DNA from: Anaerolineales bacterium
GTDB taxonomy: Bacteria; Chloroflexota; Anaerolineae; Anaerolineales; UBA4823
DNA length: 61,471 nucleotides
Reading direction: 5' to 3'
Assembly (NCBI GenBank): GCA_036507795.1
Contig: DATCIL010000029.1
Location: 1 to 61,471, forward strand
The translations under genes and the position numbers were made by a program. Under the pieces are notes generated by a model that saw nothing but the letters and a program-made list of their open reading frames with translations, was not told the origin of the DNA and ran no database searches. Position 1 is the first letter of the stretch. Every line of letters starts with the position of its first letter. Positions 19,473 through 28,390 of the stretch are shown in pieces.

Positions 19473-22400
19473 CTGAGCGTTTGCCGGATTGATCAATCTG
19501 TAAACCAGGATAATGGGATGGAGCGGCGCAGCACCGGTGCCATCTTCGATTTGCGATCGACAAGAGACGCCGGGAGCAGCGATAATCGCCCTTGGATTCT
19601 CCTTCAACGCTTTCCTTACCGCAGGAAAAAGTGCCTGTTCGCCGATCTGCATGGAAATCTCGTAATGCTCCGCCTCATATCCGAAGGCCCCCGCCATTCC
19701 GCAGCAACCCGATTGCACCACCTCGACTTCATAACCAACTGCCGTTAGCATTTGTACAGTGGCCGCTACGCCGGTTGGATAGCCGTCCGCCGCTGGCGGT
19801 TGGGTTTTTTGATAGCAGTGTCCATGGAGCAGAATTTTTTGTTGCTTTTCGGCTTGAGGTGAATTGGCTATGCGCACCGACCTTTTTAAATTGCCCTTAT
19901 CCGGGCGGACTACAAACTCGTCCAGCATGAAAGCCCGGGTAGCAAGCCGTTCAACTCGCTCATCCGCGGGGAGAAGATCCCGGTATTCATCTCGCAGGGT
20001 ATAAATTTCCGAAGGTTCTACGCCAATGACCGGCAGCTTGCCGCAAGGATCGGCCCGGTCGATCGCCTCAAGCACGCGAATTGCCTGCCTGCGAGCCGGG
20101 TCGATAAATCCCTTGGAAAGCAGCGTTCTTCCAGTTCCCACAACTGGTAAAACCTGGATGCTGCAGCCCCATTGCGTCAATATCTCCATCGCCGCCAGCG
20201 CTATCTCCGGCTGAAAATACTCGGTAAACGGGTCTGAGAGGAAAAGGCAGTCGACCTCACGATTTCCGGCATGCTGCTTTGAACCTTGCAGCTGAACACC
20301 ATTTAGTTTTCGTTTCGAAATTAAATCGTGTAGAGACCGGCGCTGCAAAGAAGGTAATTTTCTTTGATGAGCCAGACCGAACAACCGCTCCCCCAACCTG
20401 CCTGCCAGGTTTGACCTCAGGAGAGCATTTGCGAGAGGCGCAAACCGGCGTCCCCATCGACCAACAGGCTCTATGTATGAAAATAAATAGTCGCTGACCG
20501 ATCTCTTGTAATGTCTATGCGCAGTAGACCCGTAGTAATAATCTAGAAATTCGTACTTCAACTTGGCCATATCCACCGAGGACGGGCACTCCGCTTTACA
20601 GCCCTTGCACGCCAGACACAGGTCCAGGGCCGCGTACACTGTTTCCTCGGCACTTTCTTCATCCGGAAAACGACCGGAGATCATGGCACGCAGGAGGTTT
20701 GCCCGTCCCCGCGTGCTGTGCATTTCATCGGCGGTCACCTGGTAGGACGGGCACATGACCCCTCCGGCTTTACGGCACACGCCCGCGCCATTGCACATCT
20801 CAATGGCTCCATCCAAACCGGCCTGCCTCGAAAAATCCAGGTTAGATACCCACATATGAGCTGCGTAATCGGGCCCGTAGCGGAGATTCTCGGTCATCGG
20901 TGGGGCATCCGGCAGCTTACCTGGATTTAGAATGCCTTGTGGATCCGCAGCCTGTTTTAGATCTCTAAAAGCAGACACGATTTCTGGCCCATATGCAGGC
21001 AGGATCCACTGCGAGCGCACCAGTCCGTCCCCGTGCTCTCCGGTGACAGCGCCGCCCAGCTCAATGCAGAGAGCAGTAGATTCTTGAGCGATGGCGAGCA
21101 TTTCTTCAACACCCTGGCGTCTTTTCAGATTCAGCAGCGGCCGGATATGCAGGCAACCAGCGGAGGCGTGGCCGTAGAAATCCCCCTGAGTACCATGCGA
21201 TTGCAGGATGCCCTCGATTTCCCTCACAAACTCGCCCAGGCGCTCAACCGGAACAGACATATCCTCGATAAATGGCACCGGTTTCGGTTCCCCCGGGCGT
21301 GAGAGCAAGATCCCCAGGCCCATCTTGCGAACTCCCCAGACGCGCATCTGGTCGGCATACGATTCCGCAATCAAGACATCCTTCCCCAGCCTTTTGGCAC
21401 GCTGCAGCAGATTCGAAAGGTCATCACCGGCAAACTCCACGACAAGAATTGCTGCAGGATCAATCCCGGAGACGCTTATGGGATCCAGAAAGGAAATTTG
21501 GTGGGCATAGGCCGGGACTGAACGAGCCAGCTGAATTAGGCTGCGGGAGATCAGTTCAATGGCAGAAGGGTGGCTTTGCAGCAGCTCGGGCACTGCATCG
21601 CAGGCTGCCGCAAGGCTTGGATATGCCAGCACGCCCAAGACGGTCTTCTTGGGAATTGAAACCAGGCGGACGGTTGCCTGGCGGATGAAGGCCAAAGTTC
21701 CCTCCGATCCAGCAATCAGAGGCGCCAGGTTTAAGGAACCGGATGGCACCGGCGGATATCCGGAATTGGCTCCGTCGCCCAGGAACCATTTAGCAGGAGA
21801 GGCCGGCGACCAGGGAAGCAGGTAGTTGAGGTTATAACCGGAGGCACGCCGCCAGGTCCGGGGCCAATTCTGACGTATGGCGGGCGCATATTGATCACGA
21901 ATGTGTAAGGCGCTTCGATAGAGATTGGATTCGAGGGAATGTGTTGCGTGTTTCGTATTTCTTGAATCTCGGGTAGGAGGCTTTAGGCCGGCGCGGCGGC
22001 GGGCTTCCGGGAGCGATATCGTTTCAAAAGTTGCATGAGAGCCGTCGGCAAGGATGACGTCAACGGCATGCAAGTGATCGGCGGTCATACCGTATTCGAT
22101 CGAGTGAGCACCGCTGGCGTTGCTGGCAATGCTGCCACCCATGGTGGCGCGTTCAGCGGAAGCCGGATCCGGGCCGAACTGCAGGCCGAATTGGGCAGCC
22201 TGCTGATTTAAAGTGGACATAATTACTCCCGGCTGGACCTTCGCTGTTTTCTCCTGCGGATTAATCTCAATAATATGATCCAGGTAGCGGGAGCAATCTA
22301 TGACCAGGGCATTTCCTACTGCCTGCCCAGCCAAACTGGAGCCGGCGCCGCGGGCCAAGAGAGGAACCTGGTGATCAGCTGCAATCTCAACAACGGCCGA

Positions 22401-22580
22401 TAATTCATCCAATGTTCGTGGGAAAACGACGCCAAGGGGTTCGATCTGGTAGAGAGAAGCATCCGTGCTGTACAGCAGTCGCGACGCCAGATCAAAAGCT
22501 ACCTCACCAGTTATCGCTTTTTCCAGGTCGGCAATCAGATCCGGAATCGGTGATTTTTGTCGAAGATCCATATTATTCAC
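19437..22580 (-). CDS. Fused FAD-linked oxidase / 4Fe-4S dicluster / CCG-domain oxidoreductase (YdiJ-like, GlcD-GlcF fusion type)
   Basis: N-terminal FAD_binding_4 block (ARGAGSSLAGQAVG), ferredoxin-type CLACKGCKAECP and CNGAGVCRK..MCPSY, and C-terminal CCG motifs (HGHCYQK, CCGMAGAFG). At 1047 aa it is similar in size to E. coli YdiJ. Confidence 0.8.
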   Translation of the reverse strand: MNNMDLRQKSPIPDLIADLEKAITGEVAFDLASRLLYSTDASLYQIEPLGVVFPRTLDELSAVVEIAADHQVPLLARGAGSSLAGQAVGNALVIDCSRYLDHIIEINPQEKTAKVQPGVIMSTLNQQAAQFGLQFGPDPASAERATMGGSIASNASGAHSIEYGMTADHLHAVDVILADGSHATFETISLPEARRRAGLKPPTRDSRNTKHATHSLESNLYRSALHIRDQYAPAIRQNWPRTWRRASGYNLNYLLPWSPASPAKWFLGDGANSGYPPVPSGSLNLAPLIAGSEGTLAFIRQATVRLVSIPKKTVLGVLAYPSLAAACDAVPELLQSHPSAIELISRSLIQLARSVPAYAHQISFLDPISVSGIDPAAILVVEFAGDDLSNLLQRAKRLGKDVLIAESYADQMRVWGVRKMGLGILLSRPGEPKPVPFIEDMSVPVERLGEFVREIEGILQSHGTQGDFYGHASAGCLHIRPLLNLKRRQGVEEMLAIAQESTALCIELGGAVTGEHGDGLVRSQWILPAYGPEIVSAFRDLKQAADPQGILNPGKLPDAPPMTENLRYGPDYAAHMWVSNLDFSRQAGLDGAIEMCNGAGVCRKAGGVMCPSYQVTADEMHSTRGRANLLRAMISGRFPDEESAEETVYAALDLCLACKGCKAECPSSVDMAKLKYEFLDYYYGSTAHRHYKRSVSDYLFSYIEPVGRWGRRFAPLANALLRSNLAGRLGERLFGLAHQRKLPSLQRRSLHDLISKRKLNGVQLQGSKQHAGNREVDCLFLSDPFTEYFQPEIALAAMEILTQWGCSIQVLPVVGTGRTLLSKGFIDPARRQAIRVLEAIDRADPCGKLPVIGVEPSEIYTLRDEYRDLLPADERVERLATRAFMLDEFVVRPDKGNLKRSVRIANSPQAEKQQKILLHGHCYQKTQPPAADGYPTGVAATVQMLTAVGYEVEVVQSGCCGMAGAFGYEAEHYEISMQIGEQALFPAVRKALKENPRAIIAAPGVSCRSQIEDGTGAAPLHPIILVYRLINPANAQLTASGEQRQAA

Positions 22581-23145
22581 CCAGGGATTCTAAATCATTA
22601 ACCTCTTTCGCGCTCAGATATCGCCATTCACCTGACCGCAGCTCCCCGAGCGTTAGCGGACCAATTGCCACCCGAACCAGGCGCAACGTGGGAAAAGCAA
22701 CTGCGGCGGTCATCTTCCTGACCTGATGTTTTTTGCCTTCTCGCAAAACGATTTTTAGCCATGTTGTAGGATGGTAATCCCTGACCGGCTCCGGACGAGG
22801 AGGTAAGTACGGAGCAGGTATAAGCTCCGCTTTTGCAGGTTTGGTTTTATAACCACTGATGACTACGCCTTTCTCAAGTTGTTTCACTGCACTTTCCGTT
22901 ACAGTGCCTTCCACCTGGGCTAAATAGGTTTTTGGATGCTCGTATTTTGGATGGGTCAGCTTATGAATTAGCCCCCCATCATCTGTCAGCAGCAGCAGCC
23001 CCTCGCTTCTCAAATCTAAGCGACCAGCTGCGTATACACCGGGGACAGGCACGTAGTCGCTGATGGTCGGGCGACCCTCAGAATCAGTGAAAGTTGACAA
23101 GACACCGAATGGTTTAAAGAAAGCAATATATTTCATCGATGGCAC
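22573..23145 (-). CDS. RsuA/RluE-family pseudouridine synthase (no S4 domain)
   Basis: FFKPFGVLSTFTD, catalytic-Asp block AAGRLDLRSEGLLLLTDDG, and HPKTYLAQVEG. The true start is possibly MKYIAFF at 23136. Confidence 0.85.
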   Translation of the reverse strand: MPSMKYIAFFKPFGVLSTFTDSEGRPTISDYVPVPGVYAAGRLDLRSEGLLLLTDDGGLIHKLTHPKYEHPKTYLAQVEGTVTESAVKQLEKGVVISGYKTKPAKAELIPAPYLPPRPEPVRDYHPTTWLKIVLREGKKHQVRKMTAAVAFPTLRLVRVAIGPLTLGELRSGEWRYLSAKEVNDLESLGE

Positions 23146-23192
23146 TTCTGCCTTTTTCTCGAAATAGTGCGATGTTCAAGATAAAAGTCACA

Positions 23193-23221
23193 TTGACGCA
23201 ACTTTTAATTCGGGATACACT
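23193..23221 (+). promoter_or_regulatory. Sigma-70-like promoter of the aminotransferase-pckA unit
   Basis: TTGACG (23193-23198), 17-bp spacer, TACACT (23216-23221). Confidence 0.35.
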
Positions 23222-23267
23222 TTCCAGCGCATTCCTATCCACATTTGTAGGAGACACGTGAAATCTC

Positions 23268-24485
23268 ATGAGTATAAGCCAGCTGGCCAGGTCAATTGTT
23301 GACTCACCGACATTAAGACTCAACGAAGAAGCCCGGCTGTTACGTGAACGGGGCCAACCGGTCATCCATCTGGGGATCGGCGAACCCAAAAATAGGGCAC
23401 CGATCACGGCAATATTAAGTTCGGCCGCCAAATTAAGCAGTGGGGATGTCAAATATACACCCACTGACGGCATACCCTCACTCAAGAAAGCTATCATCAA
23501 GTATACCGAGGAGAATTACAACCGGCTGGTGGCACCTGAAAACATCATCGTAACTACAGGAGCCAAACAATCCCTTTATAATATCCTCTTTTCAGTCATA
23601 AACCCACAAGACGAGGTACTTATCCTAGTCCCCTACTGGGTCAGCTACCCGGAAATGGTCAAAATGGTGTATGGAGTACCCGTGATCGTGAGACCGGAGG
23701 ACGGTACTTTCTATCCACGCATGGAGGATATCCTTGAAGCAGTCACTTCGTACACGAAGGCTATCATCGTCAATAGCCCTAATAATCCTTCGGGAGTGGT
23801 ATATCCCAAGGACTTTATCGCTGAGATCGTCGAGTTCTGCGAAAAAAAGGGCATCTATCTCATCATGGACGATATTTATCATAAACTCGTGTTCGATGGG
23901 AAAACCGCCGTCCCTGGATATCAATTCACAAAAAAAGATGTCGAGAATACCAGGGTTATCCTGGTTAATGGAGTATCAAAAATCTACGGGATGACCGGTT
24001 TCCGCATTGGTTGGGTGATCGCAAGCCGGCGCATGGTGGAGGTGATGACCAACGTTCAGGCGCAGATGACGTCAAACGTCTCCGTAGTTCTGCAGGCGGC
24101 GGCCGAAGGAGCGCTTACCGGCATGCAGAGTGTAGTTGAGAGCTTGCGCCTGACTATTGAAAACAACCGCAATGTCATCATGCAGGAATTGAGAGGCTTC
24201 ACGGATATTCGCGTTACTAAACCTGAGGGTACATTTTACTGCCTACCAGATTTCCGTGCTTATGGCAAAGACTCGGTCGAGCTCTCGAAATACCTATTGA
24301 AAAAAGCCCTGGTAGTCACGGTGCCTGGAAAAGAATTTGGAATGGAAGGGCACCTTCGCCTGAGTTTTGCCGGATCGGTGAAAGATCTAACCGAAGGGAT
24401 CGCACGGATTAAGTGGGCCCTGGACCCCAACGCACCGAAAGAAATTTACATTGGAGATCGCAAACTTGTCCGAGATTGGCTATGA
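23268..24485 (+). CDS. Class I pyridoxal-phosphate aminotransferase (aspartate aminotransferase-like)
   Basis: NSPNNPSG block and PLP-lysine block VSKIYGMTGFRIGW. Confidence 0.85.
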   Translation: MSISQLARSIVDSPTLRLNEEARLLRERGQPVIHLGIGEPKNRAPITAILSSAAKLSSGDVKYTPTDGIPSLKKAIIKYTEENYNRLVAPENIIVTTGAKQSLYNILFSVINPQDEVLILVPYWVSYPEMVKMVYGVPVIVRPEDGTFYPRMEDILEAVTSYTKAIIVNSPNNPSGVVYPKDFIAEIVEFCEKKGIYLIMDDIYHKLVFDGKTAVPGYQFTKKDVENTRVILVNGVSKIYGMTGFRIGWVIASRRMVEVMTNVQAQMTSNVSVVLQAAAEGALTGMQSVVESLRLTIENNRNVIMQELRGFTDIRVTKPEGTFYCLPDFRAYGKDSVELSKYLLKKALVVTVPGKEFGMEGHLRLSFAGSVKDLTEGIARIKWALDPNAPKEIYIGDRKLVRDWL

Positions 24486-26128
24486 ACAACCTGCTTAACA
24501 TCAAAACACCTGCCCAAGACCAGGCAAAAGAGCTCATAAGCGATTTTGGTCTTGAGAATCATGGCTTGACCAATCTGCGAGCAGTCTACTGGAACTTGCC
24601 ATCCGAAGCACTTTATGAAGAGATCGTCTTCCGGAGCGAAGGAAACATTTCCCATCTTGGCCCGATACTTGTTTATACAGGAAAGCACACTGCCAGGGCT
24701 GCAAACGATAAATTTATTGTTAAGGAGCCTGCCACAGAAGATCATATCTGGTGGGGCCAATACAACCGCCCGTACAGCCGGGAAAAGTTCGAAGAGCTGT
24801 ATTCCCGGCTTCAAGGTTACCTGCAAGGAAAGGACGTGTTTATTCAAGACTGTTACGGCGGCGCAGATCCAGATTACCGTTTGCCGCTCCGGATTATCAC
24901 CGAGTACGCCTGGCACAGCTTGTTTGCGCGAAATATGTTCATTTTGCCCGAAACCGCGGAGGAGTACCGGTGGCATATGCCTGAATTTACGGTACTATGC
25001 GTGCCCTCCTTTAAAGGTTACCCACCCATCGATGGCACCCCATCGCAAACCTTCATCATAATCAATTTCGAACAAAAACTCTGCGTAATCGGAAACACGG
25101 CTTACGGAGGAGAGATCAAAAAATCCGTTTTCACGCTGCTTAACTACCTGCTCCCGCTGAAGGGCGTGATGACGATGCACTGCTCGGCAAATATGGGTAA
25201 GGATGGAGATGTTGCCTTGTTCTTCGGTCTCTCTGGAACCGGTAAAACCACCCTGTCCGCTGATCCAAATCGCCGGTTGATCGGAGACGATGAGCACGGT
25301 TGGAGCGATCAGGGCGTGTTCAACTTTGAAGATGGTTGCTACGCCAAGGTTATCCAGCTATCTCCCACTGCCGAACCGGAAATTTTTGCCTGCACCCGAA
25401 GATTTGGCACCATCTTGGAAAACGTGGTCTTTGATCCGGTCACCCGCTTTATTGATCTGGACGACGACGCCTTTACGGAAAACACCCGGGCTTCATATCC
25501 CTTGGATTACATCGATAATGCGGTGCCAGCAAAAATGGGAGGGCATCCCAAGAACATCCTACTTTTAACCTGTGATGCCTCCGGCGTCATGCCGCCAATT
25601 GCCAGGTTAACCCCAGACCAGGCCCTATATCACTTTATATCAGGATATACTTCAAAAGTGGGCGGCACTGAGATCGGATTGGGCGAGGAGCCGGAAATCA
25701 CCTTCAGCACGTGCTATGGCGCCCCCTTCATGGTACACCACCCCCGCTTTTACGCCGAGCTGCTGAAGCTCAAAATCTTGCGATATGGGGTAAACTGCTG
25801 GCTGCTCAATACCGGCTGGGTGGGTGGCCCATATGGTATCGGAAAGCGGATCAGCATCGGACATACGCGCGCCATGCTCAGCGCCGCTCTGGCAGGCGAT
25901 TTGTTGGAGGTCGAATATGCCATCGACCCCGTGTTCGGATTTGAAGTCCCCAAAACCTGTCCAAACGTGCCGGATGCCGTGCTTAGCCCGGCGGCCTCTT
26001 GGCCGAGCAGAGCGGAATACATAAAAAAGTATCGCGAACTGGCGGCCCGGTTTATCGACAACTTCCATAAGTTTACCGACCATCCGGCAGTAAAAGAATT
26101 GGAAGCAGCAGGACCCAGGCGCATTTAG
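24482..26128 (+). CDS. pckA: Phosphoenolpyruvate carboxykinase (ATP)
   Basis: Kinase-1a motif GLSGTGKTTLS, IGDDEHGW, and the expected length. ATG 24482 overlaps the aminotransferase stop (ATGA). Confidence 0.9.
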   Translation: MNNLLNIKTPAQDQAKELISDFGLENHGLTNLRAVYWNLPSEALYEEIVFRSEGNISHLGPILVYTGKHTARAANDKFIVKEPATEDHIWWGQYNRPYSREKFEELYSRLQGYLQGKDVFIQDCYGGADPDYRLPLRIITEYAWHSLFARNMFILPETAEEYRWHMPEFTVLCVPSFKGYPPIDGTPSQTFIIINFEQKLCVIGNTAYGGEIKKSVFTLLNYLLPLKGVMTMHCSANMGKDGDVALFFGLSGTGKTTLSADPNRRLIGDDEHGWSDQGVFNFEDGCYAKVIQLSPTAEPEIFACTRRFGTILENVVFDPVTRFIDLDDDAFTENTRASYPLDYIDNAVPAKMGGHPKNILLLTCDASGVMPPIARLTPDQALYHFISGYTSKVGGTEIGLGEEPEITFSTCYGAPFMVHHPRFYAELLKLKILRYGVNCWLLNTGWVGGPYGIGKRISIGHTRAMLSAALAGDLLEVEYAIDPVFGFEVPKTCPNVPDAVLSPAASWPSRAEYIKKYRELAARFIDNFHKFTDHPAVKELEAAGPRRI

Positions 26129-26135
26129 AAAGTAC

Positions 26136-27314
26136 ATGACAAGTTTGCGCGAACTCATCAGCCGCTGGTTTTCTAAGGTGGAGCCCTTACCGGCGGGGAT
26201 CTATAGCTTTAAGGCACCCAGGGATGCATCCAAACAATACCGTCTGCATCTGCGCCTGGAGCCAGATGGGCGAGGCCTGCTCTTGATCAATGCTGCTACA
26301 GTGCTACATCTCAACCCGACTGCAGCGGAATACGCGTACCACCTGGTGCAAAAGGCTCCCAGGGAAGAGGCTGCCCGGCAAGTCTCCAGGCGCTACCGAG
26401 TCAGCTATGAAATAGCCATGCAAGATTACGTGGAATTCAGCGAATTCGTGGAATCTCTGTTGGAGGTACCTGATTTAGAACCAATCAGCTCCTTCGAAAC
26501 AGGTCGACAACAACCTTACTCGGGGCGGATTTCGGCCCCCTACCGTCTGGATTGCGCCCTGACATACCGCCAGTTGGAGAGCTGTGCCGGCTCGCCTGGT
26601 TCGGTTTTTATAGAGCTAACGACCGCGGAGTGGAAATCAATCCTGGACAAGGCCTGGGCGGCCGGTATCCCTCACGTTATCTTGACCGGTGGAGAGCCCA
26701 CCCTGCGCCCAGACCTGGTAGAGCTGCTGGATCACGCCGAGCAGCTGGGCATGGTTACCGGGCTGCTCACCGATGGCCAGCGCCTGGGCGACTCGGCATA
26801 CCTGGACGCGCTACTCCAGGCTGGATTGGACCACACAGTGATTGTGCTAGAACCACAAAGAGACGAGAGCTGGGAAACTTTAATAAGTCTTACCTATTGG
26901 AAAGAAGCTTTAGAGGCTGACCTGCATATCGTCGCTCACCTGACAATCACCCCCGATAATGCCCCACAGGCTGGCGCGCTGCTGGAGGGGCTGGCGGGGA
27001 CCGGCGTCCACGCCGTTTCACTGAGCGCCAGCAATCCTTCCCTTGCCAGCGTCCTAAGCGCTGCCCGCGAGCACGCGGCTTTGCTCGGATTGACTCTTGT
27101 CTGGGACTTGCCGGTGCCTTATACAGATTTGAATCCGATCGCAATAGAAACCGCAGATGAAAGTCCGGCTCCGGGAGCCGGGCGAGCCTGGCTCTACGTT
27201 CAGCCAAATGGAGATGTTCTCCCCGCCCGGGGGCGGGATCGCGTCCTGGGCAATATTCTGAGGGATCCCTGGGAGGCAATTTGGGTTCAAACCAATAGAC
27301 CTCCGCACCTATAA
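26136..27314 (+). CDS. Degenerate radical SAM/SPASM paralog lacking all Fe-S cysteines (pseudo-rSAM) with an N-terminal PqqD-like domain
   Basis: Collinear with ORF 28391-30013. Compare HLRLEPDGRGLLLINAATVLHLNPTAAEYAYHLV, APYRLDCALTY, GIPHVILTGGEPTLRPDL and QPNGDVLP..LGNILRDPWEAIW. At the CxxxCxxC position it reads RQLESCAGSPG, and the SPASM cysteines are absent. Confidence 0.75.
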   Translation: MTSLRELISRWFSKVEPLPAGIYSFKAPRDASKQYRLHLRLEPDGRGLLLINAATVLHLNPTAAEYAYHLVQKAPREEAARQVSRRYRVSYEIAMQDYVEFSEFVESLLEVPDLEPISSFETGRQQPYSGRISAPYRLDCALTYRQLESCAGSPGSVFIELTTAEWKSILDKAWAAGIPHVILTGGEPTLRPDLVELLDHAEQLGMVTGLLTDGQRLGDSAYLDALLQAGLDHTVIVLEPQRDESWETLISLTYWKEALEADLHIVAHLTITPDNAPQAGALLEGLAGTGVHAVSLSASNPSLASVLSAAREHAALLGLTLVWDLPVPYTDLNPIAIETADESPAPGAGRAWLYVQPNGDVLPARGRDRVLGNILRDPWEAIWVQTNRPPHL

Positions 27315-27331
27315 TAGGAACTCCTTCGGAT

Positions 27332-28348
27332 TCATTTATTCCACGCCTGAGCATAAATGGCGCTAAAAAAATCGGCGGACAAGGGATCTTCTCCTCCGAT
27401 CATCAGGCGTTCTCCATCGATCGCGCGAACTTGAAGCGCGCCTGGGGGAACCGAACCGGCCAATTCGCTCTGAAGACATGCTACCCAGCTTTCCAGCCCG
27501 ATATCCACTTTGGGTAACCATTTCGGCTGATAATTCCGATACAGCCGGGCATGCTCTTCATCCAATACGAGCCACTCAAGGTGATGCTCCAGCAAGCGCA
27601 GGTCCGCGTTATTCGCAGTAATGCGAGCGACGTCATGACGAGCTCGTCCCAGGTGCTTCTGATAATAATCTCGGGTTGCATCTAAGTCATGACCGCCGAC
27701 CCTGCGAGCGGTATGGAGGACCAGGGCGCGCAGTGGTGCTGTGAAGTTTATTATGTTTAGCGGTTGGCCGTCACTCGCCTCCAGCAACTCAAGGAATGGT
27801 TCTTCGTAGGGTTGGAGAATGACTGCATGCTGCTGAGCTGCCTGGCGGCGAAGGGCAGCGCGGGTCTGAACATCGGCGGCAACACCGCGCGTGCGGTAAT
27901 CCGGATTTACGGTCATCACCAGATGCGATTGTCCAGCAGGTTGGAGAATACCCTTCTTTACCAGGCCAACCATGACGGCGGCCAGGACAGTATTGAGAGG
28001 CATTGCCAGGAGGCTGGCAGCTTCAGGTGCGGTTAACCCGCGCTTGATACCGCCGCCCTCAACGACAGCAACTGCAGGCTGATAAGCCGGTTTCTTCCTG
28101 CGAGCTGGCCTAAATGCAAATATGGATAAGACCAGCAGGGGGATAAAGGCTAAAAGTTGCGCTAAAGGACTGATCCAAAAGAGCATCGTGAGCCCGAGGC
28201 TGAGCAGGGCAAATACAACCCGACCGGTTCCTCGGCTCTTTCGAAAGAAAAAAAACCCGAAGAGGGCGAGAAATGAAAAGCCCGCCAAGAGGCGAACTTC
28301 GGGGTGCCGCATGAACCAAATGAAAAGATTCGTCAATGTATTCGTCAT
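27332..28348 (-). CDS. Hypothetical membrane protein (3 N-terminal TM helices plus a soluble domain of about 240 aa), no family recognised
   Basis: 338-aa ORF 42 nt downstream of the radical SAM gene on the same strand. Hydrophobic segments LLAGFSFLALFGFFFF, VVFALLSLGLTMLFWI and LLAFIPLLVLSIFAF. Confidence 0.65.
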   Translation of the reverse strand: MTNTLTNLFIWFMRHPEVRLLAGFSFLALFGFFFFRKSRGTGRVVFALLSLGLTMLFWISPLAQLLAFIPLLVLSIFAFRPARRKKPAYQPAVAVVEGGGIKRGLTAPEAASLLAMPLNTVLAAVMVGLVKKGILQPAGQSHLVMTVNPDYRTRGVAADVQTRAALRRQAAQQHAVILQPYEEPFLELLEASDGQPLNIINFTAPLRALVLHTARRVGGHDLDATRDYYQKHLGRARHDVARITANNADLRLLEHHLEWLVLDEEHARLYRNYQPKWLPKVDIGLESWVACLQSELAGSVPPGALQVRAIDGERLMIGGEDPLSADFFSAIYAQAWNK

Positions 28349-28390
28349 GCAGAATCGCCCACCGGCACAGGATAGTTGGCCAGCTCCGGC

